From: an uncultured Gemmatimonadales bacterium
GTDB lineage: Bacteria; Gemmatimonadota; Gemmatimonadetes; Gemmatimonadales; GWC2-71-9
Length of the DNA stretch: 64,000 nt
Reading direction: 5' to 3'
Assembly: GCA_963830455.1 (NCBI GenBank)
Contig: CAWHMT010000004.1
Location: forward strand, 114,644 to 178,643
Made by a program: the position numbers and the translations under genes
Notes under the pieces: model-generated
What the model saw: the letters and a program-made list of their open reading frames with translations, nothing else
What the model was told of the DNA's origin: nothing
Database searches by the model: none
Shown: in pieces, positions 36,497-45,831 of the stretch
How the letters are laid out: every line of letters begins with the position of its first letter
Numbering within the stretch: position 1 is the stretch's first letter

Positions 36497-37153
36497 ATGG
36501 CGTCTTCCCTCTCGACATTTCTCTTCGACCTCGACGGCACGATCATCGATTCGATCGAGCTGATCCTGCGCTCCTACCGCCACACCATGGACCTCCATCG
36601 CGGCAACGAGCCGATGCCGCCCGACGACCTGTGGATCAAGGGCCTGGGGACGCCGTTGTGGGCGCAGTTCGGCCAAATCACCGAAGACAAAGAAGAGATC
36701 GAGGCGATGGTGCAGACCTACCGCACCTACAACCTCTCCCACCACGACGCGCTCGTCAGACCGTATGAAGGGGTCGTCGAAGAGATCCGCCGGCTCAAGA
36801 AACACGGCAAGAAGCTGGGCGTCGTCACGAGCAAGCTGCGCGACGGCGCGATGCGCGGCCTGCGCGTCTCGGGGCTCGACGACGTGTTCGACATCGTCAT
36901 CGGCTGCGACGACGTCACCAACTCCAAGCCGCACCCCGAACCGGTGCTCAGAGCCGTCGAAGGGCTCGGCGTGAACGCGGCCGAAACCGTGTTCGTGGGC
37001 GACTCGCGTCACGACATGGAATCGGGCCGGGCCGCGCGGGTGCAAACGGCGGCGGTGCTGTGGGGGCCGTTCGACCGCGCGCACCTCGAGGACTTGTCGC
37101 CCGACTACTGGCTGGAGAAACCCGAGGATCTGCGGCAGCTTTACCAGCCATGA
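36497..37153 (+). CDS. HAD-superfamily phosphatase (PpaX/phosphoglycolate phosphatase-like)
   Basis: FLFDLDGTIIDS (DxDGT), VVTSK, VGDSRHDMESGRAAR. ATG 36497 preferred over TTG 36488. Confidence 0.85.
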   Translation: MASSLSTFLFDLDGTIIDSIELILRSYRHTMDLHRGNEPMPPDDLWIKGLGTPLWAQFGQITEDKEEIEAMVQTYRTYNLSHHDALVRPYEGVVEEIRRLKKHGKKLGVVTSKLRDGAMRGLRVSGLDDVFDIVIGCDDVTNSKPHPEPVLRAVEGLGVNAAETVFVGDSRHDMESGRAARVQTAAVLWGPFDRAHLEDLSPDYWLEKPEDLRQLYQP

Positions 37154-38283
37154 GCCCCAAATTCGTCCCCTTCGAGCTGGAACGCTGGCAAAGCACCTGG
37201 GAAAACCGGGTGCGGTTCAATCTCTCCGAATCTGGAGTCCATCCACTCACGATCCACGAGCTGCTCGGCCTGGCCGGGGCGTCCTCCCTGCCGCTGCTCG
37301 AGGTACGCCTCGGCTACGCACAGTCGAACGGCTCGGACCTGCTGCGCGAGCGCATCGCCGCGCTCTACCCCGGCGCCTCGCCCGATCAGGTCCTGGTCAC
37401 GACCGGCAGCTCCGAAGCGAACTTCGTCACCTGCTGGCGGCTGATCGAGCCCGGCGACAAGGTCGCCGTGATGATGCCGAATTACATGCAGACGCACGGG
37501 CTCACCCAAAACTTCGGGGCGCAGGTGCGGCCGTTCCAGCTACAAGAGAAGGAAGGGTGGGAGCCGTACACCGAGGAGATCCGCACCGCGATCGCGCCGG
37601 GCACGAAGCTCGTCGTTGTCACAAATCCGCATAACCCGACGGGCCACGTGCTCGGCGACGCCGCCCGCAAGGTGATCCTCGAGCGCGCCGCCGAAGTCGG
37701 CGCGTGGATCCTGGCCGACGAGGTCTATCAGGGCGCAGAGCGTGATGGCAAGACCACGCCGTCGTTCTGGAGCAGCGGCTACGACAGGGTCGTGATCGTG
37801 AACGGCCTGTCGAAAGCGTACGGCCTGCCGGGGCTGCGGATCGGCTGGATCGTGTCGCAGCCCGCGTTCATCCAGGAGGTGTGGGCGCGTCACGATTACA
37901 CCACGATCGGTCCGTCGGGCGCCAGCGATCATCTCGCCGCGGTCGCGCTCGAGCCGCACGTGCGCGAGAAGCTGATCGACCGCACGCGCCGGATCCTCCA
38001 CGCCAACTACCCGGTGATCGAAGCGTGGCTCAAGAATTTCGGAGACACGTTCAGTTGGCATCCTCCGCAGGCCGGCGCGATCTGCTGGGCGCGCTACCGC
38101 GGCGCGATCCCCGCTCCCGAGATCGTGGAGAAGCTGCGCGCGCAAAACGGCGTGCTGCTCTGCCCCGGCGACCATTTCGGCACGCCGGGGTTCCTGCGCT
38201 TCGGCTACGGCGGCGAGCTGGCGCACCTCCAGGAAGCACTGGCGGAAACCGAGCGCGGGCTGCGTCGCTTGTTCAGCGACTGA
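37150..38283 (+). CDS. Class I/II PLP-dependent aminotransferase
   Basis: ATG overlaps the HAD stop (ATGA). NPHNPTG, NGLSKAYGLPGLRIGW (PLP lysine). Confidence 0.85.
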   Translation: MSPKFVPFELERWQSTWENRVRFNLSESGVHPLTIHELLGLAGASSLPLLEVRLGYAQSNGSDLLRERIAALYPGASPDQVLVTTGSSEANFVTCWRLIEPGDKVAVMMPNYMQTHGLTQNFGAQVRPFQLQEKEGWEPYTEEIRTAIAPGTKLVVVTNPHNPTGHVLGDAARKVILERAAEVGAWILADEVYQGAERDGKTTPSFWSSGYDRVVIVNGLSKAYGLPGLRIGWIVSQPAFIQEVWARHDYTTIGPSGASDHLAAVALEPHVREKLIDRTRRILHANYPVIEAWLKNFGDTFSWHPPQAGAICWARYRGAIPAPEIVEKLRAQNGVLLCPGDHFGTPGFLRFGYGGELAHLQEALAETERGLRRLFSD

Positions 38284-38294
38284 GTGAACGGACG

Positions 38295-39698
38295 ATGACG
38301 ACGAAACAGCGGCAGCATGAGCGCGAAACGGCGGTCATACGCGCCCCCCACGATGGCAGCGAAGTCGGCGTCGTAGCGCTGGCGGGTCCGGCAGAGGTGC
38401 GCGTGGCGCTCGACGCGAACGTCGCGGCCGCGCGCGCCGCCCGGGAGATGCCGTCCTACGCGCGCGCCGCGGCGCTGCGCAAAGTCGCCGACGACCTGGA
38501 AGCGGCTCGCGCCGAGCTCGCCCGCACCTTGGCTCTCGAAGCCGGCAAGCCGATCTCGCAGGCTCGGACCGAGCTCGATCGCGCCATTTCCGTGTTCCGC
38601 GATGCGGCCGAGGAAGCGACGCGCATCGGCGGCGAAGTCCTGCCGGCGGACGTCGTTCCCGCGGGGACTGGGCGCATCGCCATCACGCGGCGCTTTCCGC
38701 TATCTCCGGTCGTCGGCATCACGCCGTTCAATTTCCCGGTGCTGCTCGCCGCCCACAAAATCGCCCCCGCGATGGCGTGCGGCGCGACGATCACGCTCAA
38801 GCCGCCGCCGCAGGATCCGCTGACCACGCTGCGCCTCGGCGATTTCGTCAAAGCGTCAGGCTATCCGGATGGCGCCGTCAACATCACGCCCTGTCACGTC
38901 GAAGTCGCCCAGATCCTGATCGAGGACCCGCGCGTCCGCGTGATCACGTTCACGGGCAGCGCCAAAGCCGGCTGGGCGATCCGCGCCAAGGCGGGGAGCA
39001 AGCGCGTGTCGTTGGAGCTGGGCGGCAACGCCGCCGTGATCATCGAGCCCGACGCCGACCTCGCCTGGGCCGCGTCGCGCTGCGCCGTCGGCGGGTTCAC
39101 GTACGCCGGTCAATCCTGTATCTCGACACAACGGATTTACGTGCACGAGCAGGTGTCTCAGGCGTTCCTCGATCTGTTCCTCGACAAGGTGAAGCAGCTC
39201 AAAGTCGGCAACGTGCTGGATGACCAGACCGACGTCGGTCCGATGATCGGGCTGGACGCGGCCGAGCGGGTGGAGCGCTGGATTCAGGAGGCGGTCGCCG
39301 GGGGTGCCGAGGTTGCGCTGGGCGGCACGCGCAACGGCGTGTTCCTCGCGCCGACGGTGCTGCTGCATACGACGGCGGAGATGAAGGTGAACTGCGAGGA
39401 AGTCTTCGCGCCGCTGGTGACCGTGACGCCGTACAAGAACGTCGCGGATGCGATCGCGTGGGCGAACGCGTCACCCTACGGACTTCAGGCGGGCGTGTTC
39501 ACGACGAACCTGCAGACGATGTTCCGGCTCCACGCCGAGCTCGACGTCGGGGCCGTCAACGGCAATGACATCCCCGGTTTCCGCGTGGACCGCCTGCCCT
39601 ACGGCGGCGCCAAGGCCTCGGGCCTTGGCCGTGAAGGCGTGCGGTATGCGATCGAGGAAATGACCGAGCGGCGCGTATTGACGCTGAAGCTCGACTGA
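38295..39698 (+). CDS. NAD(P)+-dependent aldehyde dehydrogenase
   Basis: Start ATG 38295 (MTTKQRQ). ELGGNAAVII (catalytic Glu), FTYAGQSCISTQRIYV (catalytic Cys), PYGGAKASGLGREG. Confidence 0.9.
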   Translation: MTTKQRQHERETAVIRAPHDGSEVGVVALAGPAEVRVALDANVAAARAAREMPSYARAAALRKVADDLEAARAELARTLALEAGKPISQARTELDRAISVFRDAAEEATRIGGEVLPADVVPAGTGRIAITRRFPLSPVVGITPFNFPVLLAAHKIAPAMACGATITLKPPPQDPLTTLRLGDFVKASGYPDGAVNITPCHVEVAQILIEDPRVRVITFTGSAKAGWAIRAKAGSKRVSLELGGNAAVIIEPDADLAWAASRCAVGGFTYAGQSCISTQRIYVHEQVSQAFLDLFLDKVKQLKVGNVLDDQTDVGPMIGLDAAERVERWIQEAVAGGAEVALGGTRNGVFLAPTVLLHTTAEMKVNCEEVFAPLVTVTPYKNVADAIAWANASPYGLQAGVFTTNLQTMFRLHAELDVGAVNGNDIPGFRVDRLPYGGAKASGLGREGVRYAIEEMTERRVLTLKLD

Positions 39699-39701
39699 GC
39701 G

Positions 39702-40735
39702 CTAGACGATCGCGCGCAATAGCAGGTAGCTGAGGCCGCCGATTCCGGCCGCCGCCGGGATCGTCGCGATCCACGCCCACACAATTCGTCCTGCCACCCC
39801 CCAGCGCACCGCCGAGAACCGCTGCACCGCCCCGACGCCGGTGATGGCGCCGGTAATCGTGTGCGTGGTGCTCACCGGGATGCCGTAGTGGGAGGAGACG
39901 AACAGCGTGATCGCGCCAGCGGTCTCGGCGCAGAACCCCCCGAACGGCGTGAGCTTGGTGATGCGCTGGCCCATCGTTCTCACGATCCGCCACCCGCCCG
40001 CCATGGTGCCGAGCCCGATGGCGGCATGCGCCGAGAGGATGACCCAGGTGGGGATATGGTTCGCGTCGGTGAGGTGAAATGCCCGAATCGGAAAGTTGAC
40101 GAACAGCGCCTGGCTCGAGACACGAGTAGCGCCACGATGATGCCCATCGTCTTCTGCGCGTCGTTCGTGCCATGGCCGAGCGAATAGGCCGCCGCCGAAA
40201 CGAGCTGCAGTACCCGGAACCTCTTGTCGACGCGTCGCGGCAGCGATCGTCGCAGCCACCAGGAGAGCGCGACGGTCAGCATTAATGCCAGCAGGAAGCC
40301 CATGACCGGTGCGACCACGATGAAGATCAGCGTCTTGGTCCACCCGCTCGCGATGATCGCGGAGAATCCCGCCTTGGCGACCGCTGCACCCGCATAGCCG
40401 CCGATGAGCGCGTGCGAGGACGAGGTCGGCAAGCCGAGCCACCACGTCGCGAGGTCCCAGATGATCGCGCCCAGGAGTCCGCCGAGCACGACCGTGGAAT
40501 CCACGACGTTGAGATCGATGAGCCCCTTGCCAACGGTCCTGGCAATCGCCGTTCCGAACACGAACGCCGCTACGAAATTCCAGAATGCCGCCCACACCAC
40601 GGCGGCGCTGGGCGACAGCACGCGCGTCGAGACGACGGTGGCGATGGAGTTCGCCGCGTCGTGAAAGCCGTTGATGAAGTCAAACGTGAGTGCGACGAGG
40701 AGAATCGTCAGCACGAACCAGACGGAGAGCTGCAT
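39702..40735 (-). pseudogene. pit: PiT-family inorganic phosphate transporter, reading frame broken near 40116-40123
   Basis: N-terminal half in ORF 39980..40828 (FDFINGFHDAANSIATVV ... GHGTNDAQKTMGIIVALLV). C-terminal half in ORF 39702..40595 (SSQALFVNFPIRAF...GGWRIVRTMG...GIPVSTTHTITGAITGVG). The two frames join with 2 nt left over. Confidence 0.75.
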
Positions 40736-41349
40736 CAGGCGTGTTTGATCGTGATGGACTCGACTACGTTGGCCACGTCCTCGGCCTCGTCGAGCGTGCG
40801 CTCCAGATTGTCGTAGATCTCCTTCCACTTGATGAGCTCGATGGCATCGCGTTCCTTGTCGAACAGCTGCCCGAGGGATTCATGGTAGATCGCGTCGCCT
40901 TCCTCCTCGAGCTGCTTGGCTTCGATGCAGTAACGCATCACGTCGTCGCCCTTCTTGAGGCGCCTCACGGCCTCGGCCAGCACGCCCATCATGCGTTGCA
41001 TCACTTCGGTAATGCGCAGCACGCCCGGCGGCGAAACTCCGAGGCGGAAGATTTGCGCCCGCCGCGCGGTACCGTCCATCGCGTCCATCACGTCGTCCAG
41101 GTCGGAGGCGAGCTGATGAATGTCCTCCCGATCGAGCGGGGTGATGAATGTGCGATCGAGGCGGTTCACGACTTCGTGCGTGACCTGATCCGCTTCGTGC
41201 TCCAGCCGTTTGAGGGCTTCGACGTGGGGAGTGCGGCGATCGGGCGCCGCCTGGAACAACTGTCGCAGATGCTCGACGGCTTCTTTGTTGCGGTTGGCGA
41301 CTTCGATGAAGAGGGTAAAAAATTCCTCTTCTCGCGGCAGGAGGCGCAC
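40735..41349 (-). CDS. DUF47 / PhoU-like Pit accessory protein
   Basis: Start set at GTG 41349 (VRLLPREEEFFTLF). TGA shares one nt with the pit ATG (TGATG). Helical DUF47 pattern ...HEADQVTHEV...DREDIHQLASDLDDVMD. Confidence 0.75.
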   Translation of the reverse strand: MRLLPREEEFFTLFIEVANRNKEAVEHLRQLFQAAPDRRTPHVEALKRLEHEADQVTHEVVNRLDRTFITPLDREDIHQLASDLDDVMDAMDGTARRAQIFRLGVSPPGVLRITEVMQRMMGVLAEAVRRLKKGDDVMRYCIEAKQLEEEGDAIYHESLGQLFDKERDAIELIKWKEIYDNLERTLDEAEDVANVVESITIKHA

Positions 41350-41414
41350 GGTTCCTCGCGGACAAAAGGTGGCGAAAAGATAGCGGCCCTGGAGAACGGT
41401 CACTAGGTTATCGG

Positions 41415-42848
41415 ATGACCTCTATCCCAGCCGCCCCGCAACGCGTCGAGTTCGTCAAGGCGATTTCGCGACTCGACGCCACCGCCCTCGTGGTCGGATC
41501 CATGATCGGGTCCGGCATCTTCATCGTATCTGCCGATATCCTGCGTCAGGTCCACTCCCCGGGCCTGCTGCTCACGGTTTGGCTGGTCTCGGGGGTGGTG
41601 ACGCTGCTGGGCGCGCTCACCTACGGCGAGCTCGCGGCGATGTTCCCGAAGGCCGGCGGCAACTACATCTACCTGCGCGAAGGGATTTCGCCGCTGTTCG
41701 GCTACCTCTACGGGTGGACCCTGTTCGTCGTCATCCAGACCGGGACGATCGCGGCGGTCGCTGTGGCGTTCGCGCGTTTCACCTCGGTCCTGTGGCCCGG
41801 ACTCTCACCCGACGTGTTCCTGGGCACGACGATCACGTTCCCCGACCCGATCGGGTCGATCAACGTGGGCCTCTCGCCCCAGCGGATCTTCGCGATTGCG
41901 TCGATCGCGCTGCTCACGTGGATCAACGTGCGCGGAGTACGCACCGCCGCGTTCATCCAGACGTCGCTGACGTTGATCAAGACCGCCGCGCTGGCGGCGC
42001 TGATTCTGCTGGGCCTCGCCATCGGACGAAACGCCGCGGCGATCGCAGCCAATTTCGGATCGAGTTTCTGGGCCGGCGGCGCGCTGACGCTCGCGGTCCT
42101 GCCGGTGGTGGGCGCCGCGATGGTGGGGTCGCTCTTTTCCATGGATGCCTGGAACAACGTGGGATTCGCATCCGGTGAGCTGAAGAACCCGGAGAAAGAC
42201 TTGCCGTTCGCCATGGCGGTGGGTGTGCTCACGGTGACGACGCTGTACGTGCTCGCGAACGTCGCGTACCTCAACGTCCTGCCCGCCGACGCCATCGCCA
42301 ACGCGCCCCAGGACCGCGTCGGGACCGCCGCGATGCAGGCGATGTTCGGCCCCGCCGGGCTCTACATGATGGCGATCGCGATCATGATCTCGACGTTCGG
42401 GTGCAACAACGGGCTGATCCTGTCGGGCGCGCGCGTCTATTACGCGATGGCACAGGACAACCTGTTCTTCAAGTCCGCCGCCAACCTGCATCCCACGTAC
42501 AGGACGCCGGCCCTTGCCTTGATCGTGCAGGCGATCTGGACGTGCGTGCTGTGTCTCTCGGGCACGTACGGCCAGCTCCTGAACTTCGTGATCTTCGCGG
42601 CGGTCGCGTTCTACGCGGTGACGGCGATCGGGTTGTTCCGGCTGCGTCAGAGGCGACCCGATTTGCCGCGCCCGGTGCGTGCGCCCGGGTATCCTGGGCT
42701 CCCCGCGTTGTACATCGTCCTCACCAGCCTGATCGCCATCGACCTGCTGGTGCAGGACGCGACCCGCACATACGCGATGTTGGGGCTGATCCTGGTGCTG
42801 CTCGGCGTGCCCGTGTACTACGGCTGGAGGCGGATGGCTGACTCGTAG
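41415..42848 (+). CDS. APC-superfamily amino acid permease
   Basis: 477 aa, 12 predicted TM segments. VVGSMIGSGIFIVSADI, GELAAMFPKAGGNYIYL. Confidence 0.9.
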   Translation: MTSIPAAPQRVEFVKAISRLDATALVVGSMIGSGIFIVSADILRQVHSPGLLLTVWLVSGVVTLLGALTYGELAAMFPKAGGNYIYLREGISPLFGYLYGWTLFVVIQTGTIAAVAVAFARFTSVLWPGLSPDVFLGTTITFPDPIGSINVGLSPQRIFAIASIALLTWINVRGVRTAAFIQTSLTLIKTAALAALILLGLAIGRNAAAIAANFGSSFWAGGALTLAVLPVVGAAMVGSLFSMDAWNNVGFASGELKNPEKDLPFAMAVGVLTVTTLYVLANVAYLNVLPADAIANAPQDRVGTAAMQAMFGPAGLYMMAIAIMISTFGCNNGLILSGARVYYAMAQDNLFFKSAANLHPTYRTPALALIVQAIWTCVLCLSGTYGQLLNFVIFAAVAFYAVTAIGLFRLRQRRPDLPRPVRAPGYPGLPALYIVLTSLIAIDLLVQDATRTYAMLGLILVLLGVPVYYGWRRMADS

Positions 42849-42850
42849 GC

Positions 42851-42867
42851 TTCGGGTTATATTCGGG
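42851..42867 (+). promoter_or_regulatory. TTCGGG-N5-TTCGGG box (copy 1) overlapping a TATATT -10; leaderless promoter of the Zn-ribbon ORF / radical SAM operon
   Basis: TTCGGGTTATATTCGGG. TATATT at 42858-42863 lies 7 nt before ATG 42871. Confidence 0.5.
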
Positions 42868-42870
42868 TGT

Positions 42871-42999
42871 ATGGTCGTACGCACCAAACCCCCGAGAAAA
42901 CCGCCTCAAGCTCCGCCATGCCCCGACTGCGGCGCCAAGACCACCCCGCAGTCCGGCTGCCTGGTGTGCCCTCAGTGCGGCTGGGCGCGCTGTGGCTAA
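42871..42999 (+). CDS. 42-aa Cys-rich zinc-ribbon-like micro-protein
   Basis: Hand translation (below the ORF-track size cut-off): MVVRTKPPRKPPQAPPCPDCGAKTTPQSGCLVCPQCGWARCG, stop TAA 42997-42999. CPDC...CLVCPQC...C pattern. Overlaps the next gene's GTG by 8 nt. Confidence 0.5.
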   Translation: MVVRTKPPRKPPQAPPCPDCGAKTTPQSGCLVCPQCGWARCG

Positions 43000-44089
43000 G
43001 AGAGCGGTTAGGCGGTCAGACGGTTCGACGGTTAGTGCTACCATCGAACTGCCTCTCGGCCCAACCGCTCAACCGTCTAACCGTCTAACCGTCCAAGTTC
43101 TCGACCAACGCCTCCGCGGCACGAGGTTCGTCTCACTAACTCCCCAACGCGTCCTCAACCCGCCAAGCGCGACCGGCATGGCTTACTGGTCGCTCAATCC
43201 GTACGTCGGCTGCGAATTCGGCTGCAGTTACTGCTACGCGCGCTACACGCATCGCTACGTCGTCGAGCGCGCGCATGACGCCGGCAAACTGACCGATGCC
43301 GAATTTGCGGATTACCGTGGAGCACACGGATGGGAGGCGTTCGAGAAGCGGATCTTCGTGAAGGAGCAGGTCGTCGGCGCGCTCGACGCCGATCTCAAGC
43401 GAGTGCCGCTCGGCGAAACGATCGTGATCGGGACGGCAACAGATCCGTATCAACCCGCCGAGCGCCGCTTTCGGGTGACGCGCGCGGTGCTGCAGCGCCT
43501 GGCGCGCTGTGAAGGACTGTCGTTCGGCATCATCACCAAAAGTCCACTGATCGCACGCGATGCAGACCTGCTGGTTCGGCTCCAGGAGCGCAACGAGCTT
43601 CAGGTGCACGTCTCGCTCATCACCGCCGATGCGTCACTCGCGCGCCGGCTCGAAGCGCGCTCGCCCGTCCCCGCGGCGCGGCTGCGCGGTCTGCGCAAGC
43701 TCGTCGACGCCGGGGTCAACGCGGGATTGATTGTCGCGCCCGTGCTGCCCGGCATCACCGACGCCGTCGCGCAGCTCGACGCCCTGTTTGCCGCCGCGAA
43801 GGACGCCGGTGCTCGATTCGTGCACGCGGGCCCGCTCCGGCTCTATCCCGCCATCCGCGATCGTTTCCTACCCGTGCTCGGGGAGCATTTCCCCGAACTG
43901 GTGCCCAAGTACCAGCGCGCTTATGCCGGACACGGCTATGCGCCACGCGACTATGCGAAGGCGCTGTCGCGCCGCGTCGAGCGGCTGCGGCGTAAGCACG
44001 GGTTCAGGAATGAAAGCGCGATGTACGATCGGTACCGCAGCCAGATTCCGGTGCAGGGCGAGCTGGAGCTGCGCGGCAGCCTGCCCTAG
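42992..44089 (+). CDS. SplB-like (COG1533, 'DNA repair photolyase'-type) radical SAM protein
   Basis: WSLNPYVGCEFGCSYCYAR (CxxxCxxC cluster). The conserved pre-cluster segment RGTRFVSLTPQRVLNPP lies upstream of the first ATG (43177), so GTG 42992 is the only canonical start. Confidence 0.8.
   Translation: MAKRAVRRSDGSTVSATIELPLGPTAQPSNRLTVQVLDQRLRGTRFVSLTPQRVLNPPSATGMAYWSLNPYVGCEFGCSYCYARYTHRYVVERAHDAGKLTDAEFADYRGAHGWEAFEKRIFVKEQVVGALDADLKRVPLGETIVIGTATDPYQPAERRFRVTRAVLQRLARCEGLSFGIITKSPLIARDADLLVRLQERNELQVHVSLITADASLARRLEARSPVPAARLRGLRKLVDAGVNAGLIVAPVLPGITDAVAQLDALFAAAKDAGARFVHAGPLRLYPAIRDRFLPVLGEHFPELVPKYQRAYAGHGYAPRDYAKALSRRVERLRRKHGFRNESAMYDRYRSQIPVQGELELRGSLP
43004..43092. repeat. Inverted pair of 8-nt tandem arrays (4 units each, core GACGGTT / AACCGTC)
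   Basis: Left: GCGGTTAG GCGGTCAG ACGGTTCG ACGGTTAG (43004-43035). Right: CCAACCGC TCAACCGT CTAACCGT CTAACCGT (43061-43092). 25-nt spacer. About 25 of 32 positions can pair. Confidence 0.6.
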
Positions 44090-44760
44090 TTGCGCGACAC
44101 CAGCTCGAACACGCGGGTCTGACCGCAAACGGGAGTCACGACGTCGTGCACATAGCCGCGCACAAACGCGTACGCGAGGCCCGTGGTATCGGCCTGGTCC
44201 TCGAGGACATAGCTCCAACTCAATCCGCCCACCGGCTGCAGCCGCACGCACCCGTTGTCCACGAACTTGCTGGCGAATCCACCTGCGTTGCGCGTGGTGC
44301 TCTCCGGACCGTCCGTATTGTTGAGGCGAACCGTCACCTCGCCGTAGGTCCGAACAGGAAGATCGGCCGCGGTGAGCCGTTCTGGCCCGTACACGCTCGA
44401 AGAGGCGCGCATCTCGAACGTGCGCATGTAATTCGCCGTGAGCCCAGGCGCAGTGCCGACAGTATCGAGATCCACATAGTAAATGTCGAGCTGCAGTGCC
44501 TCCAACGGGCAGATCTGTGGCTTGTCCTTCACGAGAAAGTAGGGCGCGAATGTGACCGCCGATTGATCGGCGCTGGCGCCGGGGTTGTAGACGCCCTGAG
44601 AGCAACCGGGCCTCGACACGAGCATCCGCACCATGAACGGCGTCGCTACGGGCACCTCGGCCGGCCATTCCATCCATTCGACCGTCGATGACGCGACCGT
44701 GAGGTCCGATCCGCATGCGGCGATGAGAGCGCAAACCGAAGCCAACAGCACAGGGCGCAT
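44086..44760 (-). CDS. Hypothetical lipoprotein
   Basis: Start ATG 44760: MRPVLLASVCALIAAC/GS lipobox. No recognisable domain. Confidence 0.6.
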   Translation of the reverse strand: MRPVLLASVCALIAACGSDLTVASSTVEWMEWPAEVPVATPFMVRMLVSRPGCSQGVYNPGASADQSAVTFAPYFLVKDKPQICPLEALQLDIYYVDLDTVGTAPGLTANYMRTFEMRASSSVYGPERLTAADLPVRTYGEVTVRLNNTDGPESTTRNAGGFASKFVDNGCVRLQPVGGLSWSYVLEDQADTTGLAYAFVRGYVHDVVTPVCGQTRVFELVSRN

Positions 44761-44799
44761 GGCAATCCTCGTGAATGGTGGGTTCCCCAAATACCTACC

Positions 44800-45771
44800 C
44801 TAGCGAGGCTCCCCCGCGTCACTTTCCTCCCACATCTTCACGACCGCTCTGATCGTTCCTGGTGCGTTCCCCTCCGCGCGGTTGTTCGCAAGAATGAATG
44901 CCTCGACTCGCCGCCGGTGCGCTTGCGTCACCAGACGCACGAGATCCTGGCGCAGACTCGGCAGTGGCTCCTGAACTCGATCGTACGGCTGGAACTGCTT
45001 CACGGCGTCGGCGTACCGCCGGCCCGGCTTCAAGAGCGCGCGCGCGACCGTGAAGCCGGTCGGGAAAGTCCACTTCAGGTCGAGCTGCTCGCCGATCGAT
45101 GGCATCTCCGTCCAGGAGTTGAACACGTGCGCGACGCGGTTGCGTTTCAGGACCTCGCCGTGGAGGTCGGTCATGAGCTCCGGATTTCGCAGCTCGACGG
45201 CGTAGCGAAAGTCGGTCGGCAGTTGACCGAGAAAGTCGTCCAGCTGATCGGCCCACTGTAGTGGATCGGGAAGATCCTTCCCCCGCATCGCCTGGAATTC
45301 GAACACGAAGGGCCCCGCATGATCGCGAAACACCCGACCGTACGGACCTAGCACGCCGTCCTTGAACAGCGTGGCGTTCAGGAAATCGGGATTGCGCATC
45401 CCCGCGAGCCCCGGCTGCGGCGCATCCTGCCCCAGTCGCTTCGCGGTGATGCGATCCCAGACCTTACTGACGCAGGGGAAGCCGGGCGGCAACGCATGCG
45501 CATAGGCGGCCAGCTCTTCTTCTGACGGCGGATCGTAAAACGCGCTGTCGATCCCTACGGTGCGAAACAGCGGGTAGCGCGTGTACTCCTCGAGCCGTCG
45601 CGCCGGTTGCGGACCACGATAGCGGCGATGGTAGATGTCGCCGAACCAGCCATCGTAGGTCCAAGTGGACGTCCCAAACCGGATGCTCAGCGGGATCCGC
45701 TCAGCCAGTTCGACGACTTCGCGGCTTGGTGCTGGAAGGGTCTCGGGCCCGAACAGGTCAGGTTGGCTCAT
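44800..45771 (-). CDS. DUF72 (UPF0759, YecE-like) protein
   Basis: Start ATG 45771 (MSQPDLF), 9 nt after a TATATT hexamer. IRFGTSTWTYDGWFGDIY, VGIDSAFYDPPS, FEFQ pattern typical of DUF72. Confidence 0.8.
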   Translation of the reverse strand: MSQPDLFGPETLPAPSREVVELAERIPLSIRFGTSTWTYDGWFGDIYHRRYRGPQPARRLEEYTRYPLFRTVGIDSAFYDPPSEEELAAYAHALPPGFPCVSKVWDRITAKRLGQDAPQPGLAGMRNPDFLNATLFKDGVLGPYGRVFRDHAGPFVFEFQAMRGKDLPDPLQWADQLDDFLGQLPTDFRYAVELRNPELMTDLHGEVLKRNRVAHVFNSWTEMPSIGEQLDLKWTFPTGFTVARALLKPGRRYADAVKQFQPYDRVQEPLPSLRQDLVRLVTQAHRRRVEAFILANNRAEGNAPGTIRAVVKMWEESDAGEPR

Positions 45772-45831
45772 CGAAGTCCAAATATACCAATCGATTAACT
45801 CCTTGGTGGTGAGCTTGCGACATCTACTGGT

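Noticed and set aside
42867-43088. The 73-aa ORF listed in the track at 42867..43088.
   Set aside because: It runs through the 8-mer repeat arrays in a frame that gives low-complexity sequence. The 42-codon Cys-rich ORF (42871-42999) and the radical SAM frame explain the region better.
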